Shown here in pieces: positions 57,748-64,000 of a stretch of 64,000 bases of DNA. This DNA is from a bacterium. Lineage in GTDB: Bacteria > Patescibacteriota > JABMPQ01 > JAUVWW01. Each line of letters begins with the position of its first letter. Position 1 is the stretch's first letter. Location of the stretch: contig JAUVWW010000001.1 in assembly GCA_030603885.1 (NCBI GenBank), positions 70,716 through 134,715 of the forward strand, read 5' to 3'. The notes beneath the pieces were generated by a model. That model had not been told where the DNA came from. It saw only the letters and a list, made by a program, of their open reading frames with translations, and did not search any database. The position numbers and the translations under genes were made by a program.

Positions 57748-58399
57748 TATAATTGAAGCAAAAAATTTAGTTAAGACTTACGAACAAGGTCGAGTGCGAG
57801 CTCTTGATGATTTAAATTTAGAAGTTAGGAGAGGAGAATTTGTGGCTATTCAAGGACCTTCTGGATCTGGAAAATCTACTCTTTTACATATGATTGGCGC
57901 TTTGGATCGGCCAACTTCTGGAGAAATTTTTGTTTGTGGAATGGATTTGACCAAAGTTAAAAATTTAGATGAATTTAGATCTAAGAAAATTGGTTTTGTC
58001 TTTCAGCTTCATAATCTAATTCCTACCTTAACTGCTTTAGAAAATGTGCTTATTCCCATGTTTGAGCTAAAACTTAAAAAGAAAGAAAAAATAAATAAGG
58101 CTAAAGAATTACTTAAACTTATAGGGCTAGAAAAGAGATTAAATTATATTCCTCCCAAACTTTCTGGTGGAGAAAGAGAAAGGGTGGCTATTGCTAGATC
58201 TCTTGCTAACGACCCAGAAATAATTTTAGCTGATGAGCCAACTGGTAATGTAGATTCTAAGACAGGAGAAAAAATAATCTGCTTACTTAGAGATGTTAAC
58301 AAGAAAAAGGGAACTACTTTGGTGGTAGTAACTCATGACTCAGTAATTGCTGAGCATGCTCCGAGAGTACTTAAACTTGTGGATGGGAAAATAGTTTAA
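57740..58399 (+). CDS. ABC transporter ATP-binding protein (MacB/LolD-like)
   Basis: Walker A GPSGSGKST, signature LSGGERERV, Walker B ILADEPTGNVD. Confidence 0.88.
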   Translation: MNNIIEAKNLVKTYEQGRVRALDDLNLEVRRGEFVAIQGPSGSGKSTLLHMIGALDRPTSGEIFVCGMDLTKVKNLDEFRSKKIGFVFQLHNLIPTLTALENVLIPMFELKLKKKEKINKAKELLKLIGLEKRLNYIPPKLSGGERERVAIARSLANDPEIILADEPTGNVDSKTGEKIICLLRDVNKKKGTTLVVVTHDSVIAEHAPRVLKLVDGKIV

Positions 58400-58412
58400 C
58401 CCAAATTAGTTT

Positions 58413-59291
58413 ATGTGGATTTTACTTTCAATTATAGCTGCTTTTATTTGGTCTATTGTTAATGTTATTGATAAAACAATAATGACCAGATTTATTAAAA
58501 GGCCAGTTATACCTGTGATTATTTCAGGCCTTTTAGGTATAGTTTTTAGTTTAATAATTTGGACTAAAAAATTTGTTTTACTTTCTGGCTGGCCTTTATT
58601 TCTAAGTTTGTTGGCTGGAGCAATTGCAGCAGTGGCTACTATTTTTTATTTTAAAGCAATAAAGATAGAAGAAGCATCTCGGGTTGTGCCGCTTTTTGCC
58701 ATGACTTTGATTTGGATTGTTGTTTTAGCAGTAATATTTTTAGGAGAAATTCTGACCATTCAAGAATATTTTGGCATTTTTATAATTTTTCTAGGTTCTG
58801 TCTTAATTTCGATTAAAAAGAGATTTAGATTTTCTCTGGGTAAAGTTTTTCTTTTAATGTTGTTAAGTACTATATTATATGCGGTAAATAGAATTCTCTA
58901 TAAATATTTAATGGGTGATTGGGATTACTGGACAGTCTTTAGCTGGACTAATATAGGATTCTTTTTAATAATGTTTCCTTTGTTTATTTATTATATTCCC
59001 ATCTTTAGAGAGACAATCAAGAAATACAAAGGCAAGGCCATGGGGTTAATAATAAGTAGTGAGTCCCTAAGTTTAATAGCCCTTATAATTTTTCTTGTGG
59101 CTATGTCTTTTGGCTTTGTTGCTTTGGTTTCTGCTGTCAATTCTGTTCATTATCTTTTTGTTTTTCTTTGGACTATTCTCCTTTCAATTTGGTTCCCTAA
59201 AATTATCAAAGAAGAACTCAAAGGTTCAATTATTTTCCTAAAGCTTTTGGCAATTGTTTTAATTATTGGCGGAGTTGTATTGGTGACTTAG
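58413..59291 (+). CDS. EamA/DMT-family transporter
   Basis: About 10 TM helices in two EamA-like halves. Confidence 0.65.
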   Translation: MWILLSIIAAFIWSIVNVIDKTIMTRFIKRPVIPVIISGLLGIVFSLIIWTKKFVLLSGWPLFLSLLAGAIAAVATIFYFKAIKIEEASRVVPLFAMTLIWIVVLAVIFLGEILTIQEYFGIFIIFLGSVLISIKKRFRFSLGKVFLLMLLSTILYAVNRILYKYLMGDWDYWTVFSWTNIGFFLIMFPLFIYYIPIFRETIKKYKGKAMGLIISSESLSLIALIIFLVAMSFGFVALVSAVNSVHYLFVFLWTILLSIWFPKIIKEELKGSIIFLKLLAIVLIIGGVVLVT

Positions 59292-59297
59292 ACACTA

Positions 59298-59497
59298 TGA
59301 AACTAAAAAATCAAACAGCTATAGTTTCTGGAGGGTTGTTTGTCCAGGAGCCACAGCTACTAAAATATATTTTGACATGATACCCGATGCCGATCCTAAA
59401 ACTTTACTTAAGCCAGAAGAAGTAGCTAAGGTAGCATTAAAATTATCTTTGCTAGATGTAAAAGTGAAAAGTGAGAGTTTGGTAGATATTTGTAAAT
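59298..59497 (+). pseudogene. remnant of a short-chain dehydrogenase/reductase (SDR) gene: N-terminal ~13 codons fused out of frame to the C-terminal ~55 codons
   Basis: One frame gives MKLKNQTAIVSGG (Gly-rich NAD motif start). The +2 frame gives ...VVCPGATATKIYFDMIPDADPKTLLKPEEVAKVALKLSLLD, a typical SDR C-terminus. The central ~180 codons are missing. Confidence 0.6.
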
Positions 59498-59510
59498 AGA
59501 GCACAGATAA

Positions 59511-59951
59511 ATGGATCTCCTAAAATATCAAAGAAAGAGAGAATTTAAAAAGACCCCTGAGCCAAAAGGAAAGATTTTTAAGACTAAAAAATATAGATTT
59601 GTAGTCCAAAAGCATCATGCTCGGCATCTGCATTATGATTTTAGACTAGAAATGGAAGGAGTACTTAAATCTTGGGCTGTACCTAAAGGACCCCCAGAGA
59701 AACCTGGAATAAAAAGGTTAGCTGTACAAGTCGAGGACCATCCAGTGGAATATATTGATTTTGAGGGCCAAATACCCAAAGGGCAATACGGAGCAGGAAC
59801 AGTAAAGATTTGGGACAAAGGGACTTACAAGCTTATATCTAAATCAGAGAACAGAATAAATTTTGAGTTATTTGGCAAAAAGTTAAAAGGACAGTATACT
59901 TTAATTAGATTTAGAAAACCAAAATACTGGCTTTTGATAAAGAAAAAATGA
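59511..59951 (+). CDS. stand-alone LigD 3'-phosphoesterase (PE) domain protein
   Basis: FVVQKHHARHLHYDFRLEMEGVLKSWAVPKGPP matches the LigD-PE signature. 146 aa. Its stop overlaps the next start. Confidence 0.8.
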   Translation: MDLLKYQRKREFKKTPEPKGKIFKTKKYRFVVQKHHARHLHYDFRLEMEGVLKSWAVPKGPPEKPGIKRLAVQVEDHPVEYIDFEGQIPKGQYGAGTVKIWDKGTYKLISKSENRINFELFGKKLKGQYTLIRFRKPKYWLLIKKK

Positions 59952-60928
59952 AACCTCAACAACTAAAAAAACTTTTGGTTTATCTCTCAAAGGACTATAC
60001 TATTTTTGGACCAGAAAAAGTGGGAGATAGATTGCTAATTAGAGAAATAAAAGATGCAAAAAAATTTAAGCTGGTTAACAAAAAACCATTTTATTCCCAC
60101 AAAGAATTTCTTATTCCATCCTCTCAAACTTTGTTTAATTATGATAAAAATAAGCTCTTAAAACCAAGAATAAAAAGAAAACAAGTACTCATAGGTATAC
60201 CCGTCTATGATTTGAAAGCCTTTACTTTATTACATGAGGTTTTTGAGAAGGATGTCTATTTTCAAGAAATCATCCGCAATATTATATTAATTGGTCACAG
60301 CCCGGTACCAGAAGAGACCACTTTTTATGAAGATTACGAAGAACATATACTAGAACACCTTAGGTTTGATATATTTTTAGAGTTTAAACCAAAAGGAGAA
60401 TTTAGAGTTTTTACTGGCTCAGAAGATGGCCAAAGGATTTTAGAAAAAGTAGGCATAAAAGATTATGAGCATGTTGAATATGCTGGGGCAGTGCCAGAGG
60501 AAGGTTTAGCTATCACAGAAAAGATAAAACAAAAGCTGGTAAAAAGTTCTAAAAATACCAAAATATGGAAAGAACTAAACAAAAGATGTATTGTCTGTGG
60601 CAAGTGCGTTATTTCCTGTCCTACCTGTTTTTGCTTTAATATCGATGATGAGCCTGCTTTTGAGAAAAATCAGGGAAGTAGAATTAGAGACTGGGGTGTT
60701 TGTTTTTATGAAGAGTTTTCTGAGGTAGCTGGAGGGGAGAAATTTCTGAAAACTATCGGAGATAGAATCTATAACTGGTATGATCATAAGTTTGTTAGAA
60801 TACCAAATGAATATACTTTGCCTGGCTGTGTAGGCTGTGGTAGATGCATCGAAGTCTGTCCTGCTAACATTGACCTTAGAAAAACATTTCGAGATTTGAA
60901 AAAATTATTAAAAAGTAAAAAATTATGA
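59948..60928 (+). CDS. Fe-S subunit, sulfhydrogenase beta (HydB)/AsrA-like
   Basis: Cys clusters CIVCGKCVISCPTCFCF and CVGCGRCIEVCP. Confidence 0.6.
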   Translation: MKPQQLKKLLVYLSKDYTIFGPEKVGDRLLIREIKDAKKFKLVNKKPFYSHKEFLIPSSQTLFNYDKNKLLKPRIKRKQVLIGIPVYDLKAFTLLHEVFEKDVYFQEIIRNIILIGHSPVPEETTFYEDYEEHILEHLRFDIFLEFKPKGEFRVFTGSEDGQRILEKVGIKDYEHVEYAGAVPEEGLAITEKIKQKLVKSSKNTKIWKELNKRCIVCGKCVISCPTCFCFNIDDEPAFEKNQGSRIRDWGVCFYEEFSEVAGGEKFLKTIGDRIYNWYDHKFVRIPNEYTLPGCVGCGRCIEVCPANIDLRKTFRDLKKLLKSKKL

Positions 60929-61113
60929 GACCAAAAGTAGATGAAGAAAAATGTACTGGCTGTGGCATTTGTGTCAATCTCTGTCCCAAGACTTTTAAGA
61001 TTGGTGAAGATGGCAAGGCTGAAGTCATTGGAGAGGACACCTGTGGAAAAGAGTGCGACTGCCAAGCTGCAAAAGACTCATGCCCAGTCCAAGCTATAAC
61101 ATTAGAAGAGTAG
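60925..61113 (+). CDS. small 4Fe-4S ferredoxin
   Basis: CTGCGICVNLCP plus a second Cys cluster; 62 aa. Confidence 0.65.
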   Translation: MRPKVDEEKCTGCGICVNLCPKTFKIGEDGKAEVIGEDTCGKECDCQAAKDSCPVQAITLEE

Positions 61114-61137
61114 CTATATGATTGCCACTAGCCACTA

Positions 61138-61956
61138 ATGAAGAACATATATCAGACAAAATTGGCTAAAATTATTGATATTAAAAAAGAGGCAGAAGAT
61201 ATTAAACTGTTTACTTTTAAATTCGTTAATAAAAAAGACCAGACTAGATTGGATTTTACCCCAGGCCAATATTTTATTCTCTCAGTACTTGGTTTTGGAG
61301 AGGCCCCTTTTGCTTATTCATCCTCTCCTGAAGAAAAAGATTATTTTCAGGTCTGCATTCAGGAAAAAGGCACCTTAACTTCTGGCTTATTTAAGCTAAA
61401 AAAAGGCGATAAGGTTGGCATCAGAGGACCCTATGGCAATGGTTGGCCAAAAGAGATATTTTCTAAAAGAAATCTTTTGCTTGTTGGTGGTGGTTTGGGT
61501 CTTTTTCCTCTCAGACCTTTAATTAGATCAGTAGTTCTTGCTCCTCAAAAATTCAAAAAGGTACAGATCTTCTACGGCAGTCGCTGTCCAGAGCTATTGC
61601 TGTTTAAAAAAGAATATAAACTCTGGCAAAGATATACTGATCTATGTTTAACCTGTGATCGACGCAGTCGAGGTTGGAAAGGACGGGTAGGAGTAATCAC
61701 CACCTTATTCGATAAAGTAAAGCTTGTAGAGGATCCAGTAGTTTTAGTTTGTGGTCCACCCATTATGTATAAATTTGTCATTCAGAAACTAAAAGAACTG
61801 AAATTTAAAGATAAAGATGTTTATCTTTCTTTAGAAAGACGTATGTATTGTGGTGTAGGCACCTGTCAGCATTGTGTAGTAGGGGGAAAATATGTCTGTA
61901 AAGATGGACCAGTCTTTTCCTATAAAGAAATAAAAGAGATGCCACAAGCAATATAG
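61138..61956 (+). CDS. FAD/NAD(P)-binding oxidoreductase with a C-terminal [2Fe-2S] (sulfhydrogenase gamma HydG / AsrB / PyrK-like)
   Basis: FNR-like fold motifs (GQYFILS, GPYGNGW, LVGGGLG) and C-terminal CGVGTCQHCVV...C. Confidence 0.65.
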   Translation: MKNIYQTKLAKIIDIKKEAEDIKLFTFKFVNKKDQTRLDFTPGQYFILSVLGFGEAPFAYSSSPEEKDYFQVCIQEKGTLTSGLFKLKKGDKVGIRGPYGNGWPKEIFSKRNLLLVGGGLGLFPLRPLIRSVVLAPQKFKKVQIFYGSRCPELLLFKKEYKLWQRYTDLCLTCDRRSRGWKGRVGVITTLFDKVKLVEDPVVLVCGPPIMYKFVIQKLKELKFKDKDVYLSLERRMYCGVGTCQHCVVGGKYVCKDGPVFSYKEIKEMPQAI

Positions 61957-61959
61957 ATT

Positions 61960-62568
61960 ATGATAAAAAAATTATTAGTAGCCACACATAATCCGGCAAA
62001 AGTTGAAGAATACAAAAAATATTTAGCAGATTTGCCTTTAGAAATTGTTTCTTTAGGTGATTTGAATATTACTAAGAAAGTTAAGGAAAATGGTAAGACT
62101 TTCAAAGAAAATGCTATTCTAAAAGCAGAAACTTACGGAAAATTGACTGGACTTCCTGCTATTACTGATGATGGAGGGCTAGAGATTGATGCTTTGGGAG
62201 GCGAGCCAGGGATTAGAAGCCGCAATTGGCTTGGATACAGAATGACTGATGAGGAAATGATTGGTGAGGTAATGAAGAGAATGGAAGGTGTGCCTAAGAA
62301 TCAACGAACTTGTCGATTGGTTGGAGTAATTGCTTTATTTACACCTCGAGATAAAATCTATACACAATACGCATGTAAAAGAGGCATAATATCTTTAAAG
62401 CCTTGTGAAAAAAGAGTTCCTGGATATCCTTTTCGTTCAATTTTCTTTCTACCAGAGTTTAAAAAATTTTATAGTCAATTGACTGAAGAAGAACATGAGC
62501 AGGTTAATCACCGAAAATTTGCTCTAGAAAAATTAAAGAAAATCTTAAAGAAAGGGGGTGATAAATAA
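61960..62568 (+). CDS. rdgB: non-canonical purine NTP pyrophosphatase (RdgB/Ham1)
   Basis: LVATHNPAKVEE start and downstream Ham1 motifs. Confidence 0.85.
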   Translation: MIKKLLVATHNPAKVEEYKKYLADLPLEIVSLGDLNITKKVKENGKTFKENAILKAETYGKLTGLPAITDDGGLEIDALGGEPGIRSRNWLGYRMTDEEMIGEVMKRMEGVPKNQRTCRLVGVIALFTPRDKIYTQYACKRGIISLKPCEKRVPGYPFRSIFFLPEFKKFYSQLTEEEHEQVNHRKFALEKLKKILKKGGDK

Positions 62569-62852
62569 TGTGCTACTCAATACCTGTAATTGCAGCTATT
62601 AGTACTTCCTTGGTCTGGCGTCAAAAAAGAGAACCAAATATTTGGTGGCTTAATTTGATGCTTTGGGGGGGTGCTTTGTTTGGAGTAATAGACCATCTTT
62701 GGAATGGAGAGCTATTTCTTATCTCTGAGAACATAGGCAAAGATTTAGCCTTAGGATGCGTGATTACTGCTGCCATATTTATCATTTGGAGAATAATTCT
62801 TGTCTTTGCCAAAAAAGGTCTTCTTCAAAAAAAGAAAATTAAGATATCTTAA
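62568..62852 (+). CDS. hypothetical small membrane protein
   Basis: Two or three TM helices. Confidence 0.4.
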   Translation: MCYSIPVIAAISTSLVWRQKREPNIWWLNLMLWGGALFGVIDHLWNGELFLISENIGKDLALGCVITAAIFIIWRIILVFAKKGLLQKKKIKIS

Positions 62853-62867
62853 TTTTTAGAATGAACT

Positions 62868-63065
62868 ATGTGTCTATCTATCCCAGGAAAAATTATTTCT
62901 AAAGAGAAAAATAAAGCATTGGTGAATATTAATGGTTGCAAATCAAAAGTTGATTGTCGTTTGTTAAATGTTAAGGTAGGGGATTATGTTACTGTTCAAA
63001 ATGGATTTGCTATAAGAAAAATAAATAAAAAAGAAGTTCAAGAAATACTAAGGCTTCTAAAGTAA
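62868..63065 (+). CDS. hypC: hydrogenase maturation factor HypC/HybG
   Basis: Diagnostic N-terminal MCLSIPGK and VGDYVTVQNGFAI; 65 aa. Confidence 0.8.
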   Translation: MCLSIPGKIISKEKNKALVNINGCKSKVDCRLLNVKVGDYVTVQNGFAIRKINKKEVQEILRLLK

Positions 63066-63083
63066 TTATCAATAAAAACTAAT

Positions 63084-63998
63084 ATGAAAGAAAACAAAGG
63101 TCTTATACTTGTCCTTTGCACTGCCCTAATCTCGGGGGTTTCTATCTTTATTAACAAATTTGGAGTCAAGGGAATTAACTCTTCAGTATTCTGTGGAATG
63201 AAAAACTTGGTGGTGGCTGTGTTTCTGATTTCTCTGATTCTAATTTTAAAAGAATGGAAGGTGTTAAGGCGCCTGCAGCGAAAAGACTGGCTCACTCTAT
63301 TTGTCATTGGTTTAGTTGGCGGAAGTGTACCCTTTCTACTTTTCTTTAAAGGATTACAAATGACTACTGGAGCTGAAGGTGCCTTTATTCATAAAACTTT
63401 ATTTATCTTTGTAGCCATTTTTGCTCTGATATTTCTAAAAGAAAAGCTACATAAAGGATTTATAATTGGAGCCCTGTGTCTTTTAGCTGGAAACGTCTTA
63501 CTTTTAAAATTAACTCATCCAATATTTGAGAAAGGCGATCTTTTAATCCTTCTGGCTATCATTCTTTGGGCAGCAGAGAATACCATATCAAAGTATGCCT
63601 TAAGGACTTTATCTCCTAGAATTGTTGCTTTTGGTAGAATGTTTTTTGGCTCACTTCTGATTATGGTGTTTTTAGCTGTTACTGGTCAGATCCATATTAT
63701 TGGCACTCTAACTGTCTCTCAGATAGGCTGGATTCTTATTACCTCTGCTTTTCTCTTCGGTTATGTAACTACCTGGTACACAGGAATCAAGTATACCCGT
63801 GTCTCTCAAGCTACTTGTGTTCTTACTCTAGGAGCTCCCATTACTTCCTTACTCTCACTTATCTTTTTACATCAGGCTTTGAGCTTTAAAGAAATCGCTG
63901 GTATGATATTGATTATTTTAGGTATAGTTTTAGTTATTGGCATAGCCAGATTATTTAGGAGATTAAAATTAACCAAACTAGCTCATGTTAGGAGTTAA
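63084..63998 (+). CDS. EamA/DMT-family transporter
   Basis: Ten TM helices. Confidence 0.6.
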   Translation: MKENKGLILVLCTALISGVSIFINKFGVKGINSSVFCGMKNLVVAVFLISLILILKEWKVLRRLQRKDWLTLFVIGLVGGSVPFLLFFKGLQMTTGAEGAFIHKTLFIFVAIFALIFLKEKLHKGFIIGALCLLAGNVLLLKLTHPIFEKGDLLILLAIILWAAENTISKYALRTLSPRIVAFGRMFFGSLLIMVFLAVTGQIHIIGTLTVSQIGWILITSAFLFGYVTTWYTGIKYTRVSQATCVLTLGAPITSLLSLIFLHQALSFKEIAGMILIILGIVLVIGIARLFRRLKLTKLAHVRS

Positions 63999-64000
63999 AA

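Noticed and set aside
59319-59504. 61-aa minus-strand ORF in the EamA/LigD-PE spacer
   Set aside because: The plus strand of the same region translates into recognisable SDR N- and C-terminal fragments, which explains the region better.

Overview
This 64 kb window is a gene-dense, low-GC stretch of bacterial chromosome with short intergenic spaces and many overlapping or abutting genes. The gene content is consistent with a reduced-genome, Patescibacteria/CPR-like organism, but that is inference and not a database result. The backbone is housekeeping. It holds the 3' half of the ribosomal alpha operon (rpsM-rpsK-rpsD-rpoA-rplQ) followed by rplM-rpsI. It also holds cell-envelope and shape genes (murA, two mreB paralogs, mreC, mreD, PBP2, alr, ddl, ftsQ, GT2 and MraY/WecA-like glycosyltransferases). 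Four aminoacyl-tRNA synthetases are present (proS, lysS, serS, cysS), along with replication and repair genes (holB, dnaX, dnaB, recR, ybaB, rtcA, stand-alone LigD-PE, rdgB). Fe-S and FAD hydrogenase-type subunits with hypC sit at the 3' end. The most interesting feature is a ~7.3 kb three-gene insertion between mreC and mreD (16014-23300). It encodes an MmeI-family Type IIG restriction-modification enzyme with an N-terminal D66/E80/K82 nuclease motif and an N6-adenine methyltransferase core with NPPY. This is followed by a translationally coupled pair: an AlbA_2/Schlafen-like domain protein and a 1210-aa protein. The 1210-aa protein has an N-terminal PD-(D/E)xK-like motif, no P-loop, and a very long alpha-helical body. 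I propose the pair as a candidate uncharacterised defence module riding with the RM enzyme. Other notable items are listed below. A family of intergenic UUC-loop hairpin repeats shows compensatory stem changes. Two tandem paralogous surface-protein genes share a duplicated promoter and signal region. A membrane-anchored Clp NBD1-only ATPase, a T4CP/VirD4-like ATPase, a PlsY-CdsA-like fusion and an SDR pseudogene remnant are present. A HindIII-BamHI-HindIII palindrome lies in the cysS leader. I found no tRNA, rRNA, CRISPR array or recognisable IS/integrase by eye.
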